The notes beneath the pieces were generated by a model. That model was not told where the DNA came from. It did not search any database and saw nothing but the letters and a program-made list of their open reading frames with translations. This document shows positions 12,461-23,974 of a stretch of DNA of 64,000 bases, one piece after another. The number at the start of each line of letters is the position of its first letter. The first letter of the stretch is position 1. Position numbers and translations under genes: made by a program. This DNA is from Lama guanicoe (Eukaryota): contig MU054323.1 in the NCBI GenBank assembly GCA_013239625.1, forward strand, positions 4,887,220-4,951,219, in the 5' to 3' direction.

Positions 12461-14274
12461 CATGAAAGGGCACTGAAATAAGGTCTGGACAGAGGAGAGG
12501 GCTGGAGGCACTGGGGTGAGCTGGAGCGGCCCCCTTGTGTGGAATACAGCATCTCTCGCACACCTCCTTACCCCTTCCTCCTGCCTGGGATTACTGGTGA
12601 TAACTACTGATTTCCACTTCTATAAAACCCAACCATGTGAAACTTGACCACTCAACTTTACCACTATCCCTCCATACCAGAAGGCAATGGACTTAGGACC
12701 ACATTTGTATGGTCTGATGACCTAATTCTGCATCCACTTAAAAAGATAAACAGTTCAAATTGTTAGGTCTTCCTACAGGTGAAAATCAGGAAAATTTCTA
12801 AATGTTATAAAGATAGGAAGTGGGGAGTGAGGACTTCACTTGCGTCAAGTTTGAGGCATCCTTGGTAGGGCCGCCTTTTACCCATTCCCCCATGTCCAGC
12901 AAGAGCACAGACTGTGTGGTTACATGACTTCACTGAGCAACCAGCTATCACTGCTAGATTCAGTTGGCCTCTGCCTCACTCCACTTGCCTAAGGTATTAA
13001 TAAGTCAGTCATTCAACGTGGTTCCTGATCACGGATTACCTATCTTTGCTCTCTTGGCTGTAAAGATTTCTTAAATTTCTGACTAATCAGAAATCATCTG
13101 ACTGATTAAAAGTTAAAATGGTACTAGAGTGAATAGTCAGGGAGAATCTTTGCTCCAAATGATCTGAAATGTCTCCAACCAGGAGAGCATCACGGCCCTC
13201 TGATGAGTGGCCTTTGTTAACAAGCCCACCTTTAGCAAGCCCATGTCTCTCTGGATAGGCCAACTTGTTTCTAATTGGTGAGTATTGATCTTGTCTACAC
13301 TTATTTGTTTGTTGAACTGACATCTACAACGAACATCCAGACACTAAAAATAATATCTACCATTTTGCTCTATCATCTTAATTAGATGTCAAATTCAAGG
13401 AATGCCATTTTCAGCAGTAAATAAAAGAGCCCACAATAAATGTTGGTGAACATTTTCTCCCTGTTAATCTGTCCTGTTTCCTGAACATCGTTTATACTGC
13501 CTCCTTCTGAGCACTTTATGTTATTTTTCAATTGCAAACTTTGCTCATGCTACTGTAGTTGCCAATGTATGAAAAGCACAAAGAAGTCACGGATAACATA
13601 AAACAAACTCCTACTGGTGTATGTGGAACCACGGCGTACATTCTGATCACTTGAAAACATCTGCCTGTGAACAGTTCAGAGTTCTGGAGAAATATCATAG
13701 GGTCTATCTGTCCCTTAGAACTCTATAATCTAAATCGATAATCATCTAATCAGATCTCTCTGGACTAATTTATTTTGAATTAACAGAGTGGATAGATACG
13801 TCATTTCTTATATACTTCTATGCTAAGGCCATGAAGCTAATTTATTAAGAAATATTCAAAGCAAATGCTGATTTCTTTCTCCAATCTTCTGCAATAAATA
13901 CCAATGATTTTTCTGCTTGTAATAGTTACTTTATAAATTTATTTTAAAATTTATATGTAATATATAATCTTAGAAAATACATATGTATTATATGTAAATA
14001 TATAAAAATCTTACTTCACAGAATAAGATAATTTCTATCAAACACATAGACGTTTCCAGGAAAATTTCTATTCAAGTGTAAGACAGAAAAAAAAAAACTA
14101 GAAATTATGCTTTATTTTTTAAAATAAGATTGCAATATACTGCATAAATGAAAATTTTAAAGATATAAAAACTATGCTTGATAAAATGGAGCTGTAAGAT
14201 AGTACATTCAAGAGAAATTATCAGATATTTGAATTGTTTACTGTTTTCTTCCATCTAGAACTGAAATGTGCTAG

Positions 14275-14565
14275 TTTTTTTCAACGAGATATAATTGACA
14301 TACTGTACTAGTTTTAGGTGTTCACCGTAATGATTTGATATACATATACAGTGAAATGATTCCCAACATAAATTTAGTTAACATTGATCACCACATGTAA
14401 TTTCAATTTTTTTTCTTGTGATGAGAACTTTTAAGATCTACTCTCTTGGCAGCTTTCAAATATACCAGAGTATCATTAACTCTGTGCTGTATATTACATC
14501 CTCGGCACCTGCTTATCTTATGACTGGAAGTTTTTACCTTGTAACCACCAGCAGCCACTTCCCAA
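14275..14565 (-). mobile_element. L1 3' end (L1MA9-like)
   Basis: T-run followed by gagatataattgacata...gtgatgagaacttttaagatctactctcttggcagctttcaaatatac. Confidence 0.85.
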
Positions 14566-15667
14566 CTACTGTTTTCTACTACTTAACATGAGCTATATAT
14601 ACAATTTTCTATAACTTAATACTTCTACAATGCTCTTCCTGTTAATGAAGCAGCTGTATGCTTACTCTCTTATTAACCTTGTGATAGGTGATAATAAAAA
14701 TATCTCTTGCATTTGCAAAGTCCTTTCATTTATTATTTCAACTGATGGTATCTCAGTGACTTATTAATTATATGTTATGAACTATAGTCTAGCTCACAAG
14801 AGAAGGCTACAAGGACACACCCCCCTGCATAGCCTAGCGATGCAAACAGGTTACCAAAGCCAGCTGACTTCCGGACCCCTTCTGGGTGGCTCAGCTACTT
14901 TGGTTAATAATTCTTGAATAATAAATTGATTTTAAATGACATGAACACCAAACCTATTCATTTGGTTTCACCCCCTTACAGCAGATACTGACCATCTCAT
15001 TAATAATTAAAAACCCCAGCTGCTAATGCCTTGGAACAAGACAGCTAATTTACATATCCTGGACTCTGGCAAGGGTTCTCCAGCACGTTTCACCAAATCT
15101 ATGGAGGATCACATTTTCTCCTAGGCAGTTAAAGGGCAGAGAGGCAACTACAGCTCAAATATGAATATTAATAAAGTTGTAAAGATGCAGATAAGTGAAC
15201 CATATCAATTATTTATCTAATTATGAGGTTATTAGCCATCTAAAATTACTCAGCTAGCAGCTCCAGAGACTACAAGGTACTAACACACAAAGTGTAGTCC
15301 AAAATCATCAGGCCTGCAAAACTCCATCTGACAATGCTTCAACATTAATTAACTTAAAGATCTGAAGGATAAGTAGAAATATGGGAATATGATAAAACAT
15401 TCTATGTGAAAAAGGCTGGATCTTTGAAGACTGAGGTAAGAGAAAGGGTAGTGTGTTTGACAAAATGATTCCTTATATTTGGAGGTCATCTCATTTGGGG
15501 CAACTATATCCTCATTACATGGTGTCAACTGGCTCCCTGGGACTGGACTTACTCCTTGGAGCAATTTTTAAGTCTGATAATTTAATGCTGAGGTAGGATT
15601 CTCCATTCACTGCAAGCCTCAATAGTCGTCCCCGTATCTGTGTGCAGATAATGAAGTTTTTATTCAC

Positions 15668-16131
15668 TCTAGTAGACAGAATAATAGCCCCTCAAAGACA
15701 GTCACACCCTAACCCCCAATAACAGTGAATATGCTACTTTACATGGCAAAAGGGACTTTGAAGATGCGATTAACTTAAGGATCTTGAAATGGGAACATGA
15801 TCTCGTATTATCCAGGTGTGCACAGTATAATAAATAAGAGGGTCCTTATGAAAGTGAGGCAGGAGGGTCACAGTCAGAGAAGGAGATGTGATGACAAAAG
15901 TAGAGGTCAATGAAAGGGAGAGAGAAAAGCAGAGACAGAGATTTGAAGATGCTATGATGCAGTCTTTGAAGACAGGGGAGAGGCTACAAGCCAAGGATCA
16001 CAGGGGGCCTCTTCAAGCTGGAAAAGGCAAGGCAAGGGATTCTTATCTAGAGGCTTCAGAAGGAGCACAGCCCTGCAAGATGATACACCAAGTTCATGGT
16101 CATTGCTACAGCAGCAATACAAAACAATTCA
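15668..16131 (+). mobile_element. MaLR solo LTR (MLT1D-like)
   Basis: cagaataatagcccctcaaaga...tttacatggcaaaagggactttg...gctggaaaaggcaagg...tagaggcttcagaaggagcacagccctg. Confidence 0.9.
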
Positions 16132-18211
16132 CCAGTCTCTCACTAGAATGAATTCATCAGTACCTTACCGTTTCCTATTCCTCTCCCAAGGCATTAAGGA
16201 TGGCAAACTAATTAAATGGCACAACAACAGTTACAATATTTTCTGTTCACATTTAAGAGAAAGTCATTTTAAAAAAACAACTCAACAAACAAAATTTTGA
16301 AACTTCCCTCATGAAAACAAGAAGTAATCTAAATGTATGAGAGACAAATTGGGCTATCCAGTTGCCCTCTCAGATTCATAGGAATGTAAAATAAAGCATA
16401 AAATGAAATGATCAGTGTGGGAGAGTTCCATTAAAGAAAGGAGAAAAAATTCCTAGAAGACATATCACAGCTTACAACAGATAGAATTTTATGACGAACA
16501 TTGTAAAACCTATAACATCTGAATAAAAAGCCTATCTGGGGTGGTGAATGGAGTCCCCAGAGGAACCATACTTATACCTCCTAAATCAGAATGACAGGAT
16601 CTGACAGCAACAAATGGAATCTGAGAATTATCAGCTGCAGTATAGTCCTGGGTCTTGGGTCCTGAAGACTCAACTCTAGCGAACCCATGGCCTTAACGAC
16701 ATCTTGGGTGAAGTGGGAGCATCACAGTAATTGTTTAATTAGAGTACTCAGAAAAGTTAAAGAGTTGACTTATTTCCACTTTCAAGCATAATCTTTCATC
16801 TCCAATTCTTTCAGAACATTCTCTTTAATGGAAGTGAAAATGACTCCAGTATCCTTATACTGTAGTATGTGAAGTCTAGTATCCTCCTGAATATTTTGGA
16901 AGGTACCTGGAGGTGGAGAAAACTTTGATTCCCTTGGTCAGCTCTTACATCACCGGCCCTCTGAATGGCCACTCCAGCCCCAGCTACAGTCTTTATTCCC
17001 CAAAGCACCATTAATACAACCAAAGTGTCTATAATACATGACTTCTGAAGACTGACTAAATCATGACGAAAGAGTTCTACAGCCCATCAATTAACAGTGA
17101 ACAACTTACAATTAAATGCTAGACACAGCTGTATTGAATGTCCTAAGCCATCCAGACAGATGGGAGACCTCCTTCTTCTAAAACCCATCTTTTTCTCCAT
17201 GGTCCCTGCCTCTTTTTGATCTTCCAGGGAACGACGCTAATTCCTGTTACTCTGCCATACAGAGCTAGCCACCTTCTTTTGTCAGTCTCTCCCATCAAGA
17301 GGAACTGGACCACCCAGCACAATGCCCATTAAGGTGTTTTCCTAACAGAAGAGCAGTGTGCTCCTATGAATCCCAACTTCTCCTCAGGCCACAGGTGCAA
17401 ACTGTAGGCGGCTTCTAAAAGAGCGACTTAGTCTCCCGGGTACACAAGGAAACAATCATTCTGGCCCAGCAGTGATTCTCTGGTCAGGCCGCCTCCAGCT
17501 GTAGCTTATTTCCTCCTCTCAATGAGCACCTGGAACTCATATTTACAAAGAAAGGCTATAGCTGGTTTCAACATTTGCCCCTTCACTGGGGCTTAAGAGA
17601 TTTGACAGGAACTCACACAACTCTGACAGATTCCACACAAAATCCCAATATTGGACAAACAGTCCCAGCTGAGAAAAAGTGCCGGACACAAGAAAACAGT
17701 TCATAGTTTAAAAGTAGGCAATCAATATGAAGAATTCAAATGCCACCCTCTGCAAAGAGTTAAAATAAAATAGATGCGAAGTTATTTTATAAAAGAAAGG
17801 TTAGAAATTACCTAACTCCTAGGTTCAAATACCTTCAAGGAGATATTATGTTTATTAAGCTAAAGGAGTTACTCATGAAAATGTAGCAACAACTCTGATA
17901 TATTGTATTTCTCCTCAGGGTCAGTAAAATCTACAACCGAAACTTCCATAAGTTGATCAGGGAGAAAATTGTAACCAATAATTATACTGCATATTTAGAC
18001 AAATTTTCATTTGTACTTAATAGCAACCAAAAAAAAAAATCAAACATAAAAAAAGTTTTAAAGTTTCCCATTAACATTCACTTCTTTTAAAAAAAAGAAT
18101 CACTAAAAATACTCGAACTGAATAAAAGAATTCACGGTAAAATGATAAAAAATGGTACCTACAAAATACGTGGTGATAAGCATAGAAACCATAAAGCACA
18201 GTGGGATAACT

Positions 18212-18400
18212 CAGTGGTTCTCAATCCCGGCTGTGTATTTTAATTACCTGGTAACATTCAAATAATAAATAAATGAATAAACAAATAATACATTAAGAAA
18301 TAAAAGTATCTCACAGGCCACGTTTACAGAGATGTTATTAAACTGCTCTTTTGTAGGAGCCTAGAAACGGGAACTTTGTAGGGTGCTCTGAGTGATGCCA
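18212..18400. mobile_element. MER5-like hAT MITE, degraded
   Basis: Starts with the TIR-like cagtggttctcaatcc. Confidence 0.5.
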
Positions 18401-19521
18401 AGTTACAGAAGTAGGAACTTTAAGTAATTTTTTTTGGTGGGCTTATGGACATGAGGGATGGAGACAGGAGCGATCTGAAGGGTATGATTTTTAAATGCCA
18501 TATTTCTCATCTCATAGGAATGGGAGATGATAGTTAATGTTTCATTCGTTTCGTTGATCTAAAAATATCACTGAAAACCTACACTCTGCCAGGTTATTTG
18601 ATAAGTGATGGGGATAAATAATGATTACAAGAAGCCCAATCCTGGAATTTAAGGAACATGGGTTCTTTCTGCAGACAGAGATCACCAAGGAAACAGATGG
18701 ACACAGCGCACAGTGTTAACAGATTCAAGGAGCTCAAGTAGGGAAGGTTAGGGGAGCTGCAGGGAGCCAGAGGTGCCTGCCCAGAGCAGATGATATCTAA
18801 ACTAATCCCTGAGCTGTGTTTTACTCCCAAGCAATCTGTTTAGGCACACTGTACAATGCATTTTCTCTTATTCTAGTTCACTGTTACTTGTCTTCCAGTT
18901 CATACCTGATTAGAACCAGTAGATCAGATAAAAGGAATCAATCTCTATGGGGATACCTACTATCTGGAAAGAAGTGGTCTGAGAGTTGATAGCAATAGGT
19001 AAGCCAAGAGGAGAAATCAATGCAGATCCCCAAAGCACCCCAGTCTCGGACTTTTTAAAGAAGAAAAATCATCTTGTGTGTCTCAATATTTCTTAAGGTC
19101 AGTAATGAGAGTTCATCACATCTGCAAAGTAACACTTGACAAAAGACTAAATATTGCTGTCACTGCCTTTTAAATGTATAGGAAAGTATAATCTTGGTGG
19201 TAAAAGGTACATTTCCTGTAAAGTATTTGAGAAAGGGAGTTGTCTTCTTCAGCCCTTGAGTTGCATCCTTGGGCTGATACTCATCTCCATAGCGAGCTTC
19301 TGAACACATGCTTTGCCCAGATTCCTTCGGGTTACTAATCTTGGCAACCACCCAGAACTTCTCTATCACAGTTTCCTCAACAAGATGTCACTCCTTCCTC
19401 ACAGATTTCAAAATCAGAAAAGAATACAGGACAGGCCGTGCTCTCTTTAAGGGCCCAGTGTTTCATTCTCTCAATACAAGTGCCAGTTTCTATGGATATA
19501 TTGATTTTACTGAGGAATTTG

Positions 19522-19776
19522 GGTAACCAAAGGTGGGGAAGGGTAAGTTAGGGGTTGGGGATTAAAATACACACATTACTATATATAAAGCAGATAAGCA
19601 ACAAGGACCTACTGTATAGCTCAGGGAACTATATTCAATTTCTTATGATAATATATAATGGAAAAGAATCTGAAAAGAAAAAAAAAATATATATATATAT
19701 GTATAACTGAATCACTTTGCTATACACCTGAAACTAACATGGTAAATCAACCACACTTCAATAAAATTTTTTAGAA
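19522..19776 (+). mobile_element. 5'-truncated artiodactyl-type L1 3' end
   Basis: caacaaggacctactgtatagctcagggaactatattcaa...atacacctgaaactaac...cttcaataaaa; TSD aggaatttg at 19513-19521 and 19777-19785. Confidence 0.9.
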
Positions 19777-22329
19777 AGGAATTTGCAATGTGTTAGGAAT
19801 ATTTCAATATAAATACTGCATGCTGCATGTGACTAAATGTCCAGTCCAAAGGGGACACAACATTAGCACAAGAAAACAGCACCTCTCACATGAGTGGTCT
19901 TATGGACAAACTCCCCTCTCTGGCTTACTCCCCTGTCCTGAGATCCATTACCTTCCTGGAGACTATCTTGTGTTCATATCTTAAGCATGCAAATCCCTCC
20001 TTCTTTTAGAGAAAACCCAGTCCTTTATCTGAGTGGGCTTATCTGACTCTACAATCCAGTCCATTCTCCCTTCACTGAGAAAATCTGGATACTGATTTGC
20101 CTCCGTACATTTTCCAAAGCATAAGTAATTCATACTACAGTAATACTACAGCATAAGTAGGATAGAGCAGAATGACTAAAGAACAAGCTAGGATAAACTT
20201 GGCCTTCAGTCCGGCCTGGACCTGTGATGTCTCCACACTGGTGTGAGGTACAGATCTGACTGCTCACCCTCCTTGATCATCCAAATAGTAAACTTCGAGT
20301 CAAACACAGATAGTACTTCCAACGGCAAACCTTGCATTTTCTGAGGCAGGAAGGTCAAAATCCACCAAGACGATAAACGTTTTAACTGCCAGCTAGTCCG
20401 TTCAGCTGCTCAGACCCACTGCAGAGGCCATATTTCACACGCGTGTATAATCTGTCCAGAGCAGGGCTGCTCTCCTTTGTTTCCAGCTGCTTGCACGATC
20501 GTGGCCCTTCTGCGCCCACTGAGGTGTGAGATGTGACCTGTTACAGTAGCATCCTCTTTCTCTTTACCACTCTTCTCCAACAATAAATACCCAGTAAGAG
20601 TTTTAAAATGTAATGATTTTACCTTTTTGGTCAATTTACCTTTTGAGACAATTCAAAATTTGATCATGGCTTTCTTAAAGACACTCTGTTGCCTTGGCAT
20701 CGGCAACCAAAGTGCATTTGATTTAATCTCAGAGAGTAAAGTTTAAGCTTTCTTATTTGTCTGACTAGAAAGATAATGATGTGCATTCCACCCATGCCAG
20801 GATATCTTTGCAATTATAGAGGGAAGATAAGGTTTTAAGGAAGGAGGAAGTTTTCAGAATCTTGGGATGGGACAAGGACCATGAAATTCCTATGAGCAGA
20901 ATATATGCTCTCCAGGGGAAATGATGTGTTTTTTATTGGTTAAAAGGCACTGCTAATCTCAGCCTCAGACTCATCAGTTACTAAATAATGGTCCTGTAAA
21001 CACCATGAACTAATGATATACGACAGAGCTTCCCTGGGAAACAAGAGTTATTCCAAGAAGAGAGAGAGTCGGAAGCCCATTCTCAGCAGGTGTAACTCTA
21101 TTTGTCCATGCATCTGAGACGCCAGTTATTTCAGGCCATGAAAGAGAGATCAGCGTTCTTTTCACCAAGTACTTTTCAGAGACAGCCCCAGCAAGTTAAA
21201 AAGAGACCAATATTGATCAACTCAACATTCTCCTAAATTAGATTTGGCTTAATATTATACTCTTAAAAGGTTAGTTGCACTTTTGCTTTACTTAAAAGCT
21301 CTTGGTTATAATCCTAATTATCATTATAGAGTTCTGGTTTTATTAAGCCATTAGTAATGCCTTATCAAATTAATTTGACACATATATTTTATCTGTAAAA
21401 GAAAAGGAACTATAAAATAATCATATGAACCTTACAGGAGTCAATGCCCCAAATACAAGGTCCGGAATTGAAGAAGAATATGATGTGAGATCCATGTGAA
21501 AGGGTGATTTGGGATTTGGCAAAGGAACCATTCAGCTGTAGCCTGAAGATAAAGAGATACAGAGGAAAATCAAAAGCTAACTGGTAAGGGAGAAGTATGC
21601 AAATGGGGCTGTGAGTTGGAGACAGCCTTATTAATTTTCCAGGGAGCCTTGTATACAATATCATGAACCAAGAACACTTACATTACAGATTCTGTAGAGA
21701 TTCACTGAGGAATAGAAAAGAAAAAAAGGAAAAAAGAAAAAAAACAAAATCAAAATAAAACCAAATCCAAATCCAGGGCTGTTAAAAGAGTGTGTGAATG
21801 TGTGTGAGCACATCCACGCTCAAACTCGCACAAGCATTAAAGCTTGATGCTGTCTACAGCATATACAATACCTATCACCAGACACCTGCTTACAGCTTTC
21901 CTTTTCTAACACATCTTTCGCAAAGAACAGGCCTCTTGCATTATTTATATTCAGAAGACTTGTATAATAAGGTACAGGTACATTTCCATTACATTGCGTG
22001 CATGTCTGTAAAGGTGCGCGACAGCAAAACTGATACGGAGACTAATGAATCTCATGTGAGGAGGATGGCTTAGTGACTCAGTAGGCTGCATGCCATTTTT
22101 TACATATCACTACATTATTTTTTATTGCCCACTGGTATTTCCTAATATTAGTTTTAAAGAATAAGCATCCATGCCCTTATTTAAGACTTCTCCATCTTCT
22201 GAATGATTCTCAGGATTATTCAGGTGAAACACACTTTGAAGACTATCAAGAAAACAAGCTGAGAATTAAATTTATTTCCTTAAAATGTCCCTAAGGTTTG
22301 TCCTACAAAGCATTTGGTTGATGAACAAA

Positions 22330-23970
22330 ATATATATATTGTTTTATATATATATTAATGTAAACATATATATATTTGGGTGTGCGTGTGTGCGCGCTTG
22401 TGTTCACTCCTGAACTCTTAGTGTTATATATTCTATAGGTTTGGCCAGATGTGTAATGACATGTACAGTACCACACAGAGCATTTGTACTGCCCTAAAAA
22501 TTCCATGTTCTGCTATTCCTTACTCCCCTACACCCACTGATTTTTTAATGTCTCCATAGTTTTGCCTTTTGAAGACTGTCATATATTTGGAATCATACAT
22601 TCAGCATGCAACCTTTTCAGATTGGCTTCTTTCACTTGCTAAAATGCATTTAAATTTTCTCCATGGATTTTGGTTGCTTGATGTTTGATTTTTTAGAGCT
22701 GGAAAACACCCCATTGTCTGTACACGCCACAGTTTATTCATCCGTTCACTTACTGAAGGACATCTTGGTTGCTTCCACCTTTTGGCAGTCATGGATAAAG
22801 CTGTATAAACACTCCTGTGCAGATTTTGTGTGGACATACGTTCTCAACCCCTTTGCATTAATTCCAAGGAGTGTGATGGCTAGATCTTATGATAAGGATA
22901 TGTTCACCTGAACTGTCTTCCAAAGTGGCTGCACCATTTTTTATTCCTAGCAGCTCCACATCTTTGCCAGCATTTGGTATAGTCAGGGTTTCAGATTTTT
23001 GGACATTCTAATAGGTGTGTAGTGGTATCTCATTGTTGTTTTAACTGGCATTCCTCTGATGTCATATGATATGGAACATTTATTTCATATGTTTATTTGC
23101 CATCTGTACATCTTCTTTGGGGAGGTGTCTGTAAACACTGGCCCCTTTTTTAATTGAGTTATTTATTTTCCTGTTGTTGAATTTTAAGTTTTTTTGTATT
23201 TTGAAATAACAGTCTTTTATTAAGTATGTCTCTTGCAAATTTTTTCTCAGTATGTTGCTTATCTTTCAATTATCTTGACATTATCTTTCACACAGCAGAA
23301 ATTTTAATTTTAATAAAATTCAGCTTATCTGCAATTTATTTCATGGATCAGGACTTGGTGTTGTAGTTAGGTAGTCATCAACAAATCCGAGGTCATCGAG
23401 TTTTTCTCCTATGTTATCTTCTAGGAGTTTATAGTCTTGTGATTTTGTTTAGGTCTGTGAACCATTTTAAGTTAATTTTTGTGAAAAGCATAAGTTTTCT
23501 GTCCAGATTCTTCGCCTCCTCCTTCCCCTCCTTCTCCTCCCCCTCCCCCCCTTCTTCTCCTTCTCCTCCTCCTCCTCCTCCTCCTTCTTCTTCTCCTTCT
23601 CTTCCTCTTCCTCCACTTCCTCTTCTTCTTCTTTGCATGTGGATTTCCAATTATTCTAGCATCGTTTGTTGAAGAGACCATCTTGGCTCCATTGTACTGT
23701 CTTTGCTCTTTTTGTCAAAGATCAATTGACTATATTTAATTGGATCTATTTCTGAGCTTTTTATTCTGTTGCACTGATCTATTTGTCTGTTCCTTCATTA
23801 GTCCTGTCGTATCCTGATTACTATAGCTTAATAGTAAGTCTTGAAGTCAGGCAGTGTCAGCCCTCCCATGGTGTTCATCTCCTTTAATATTATGTTGACT
23901 TAGCCGAGTCTTTTCCCTCTCCATATAATTTTTAGAATCAGTTTGTTGATATCCACAAAATAATTTTGCT
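22330..23970 (-). mobile_element. L1 3' UTR plus ORF2 C-terminal region
   Basis: ORF 22601-22837 (TAKRWKQPRCPS..RMNKLW) is a decayed ORF2p C-terminus; antisense L1 motifs throughout. Confidence 0.9.
23508..23634. repeat. (CCT)n/(CTT)n polypyrimidine expansion inside L1
   Basis: About 125 nt of almost pure C/T; explains the poly-G/E, poly-R and poly-P/S ORFs. Confidence 0.95.
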
Positions 23971-23974
23971 GGAG

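Noticed and set aside
23429..23681. Poly-Arg, poly-Gly/Glu and poly-Pro ORFs
   Set aside because: Translation artefacts of the (CCT)n/(CTT)n tract
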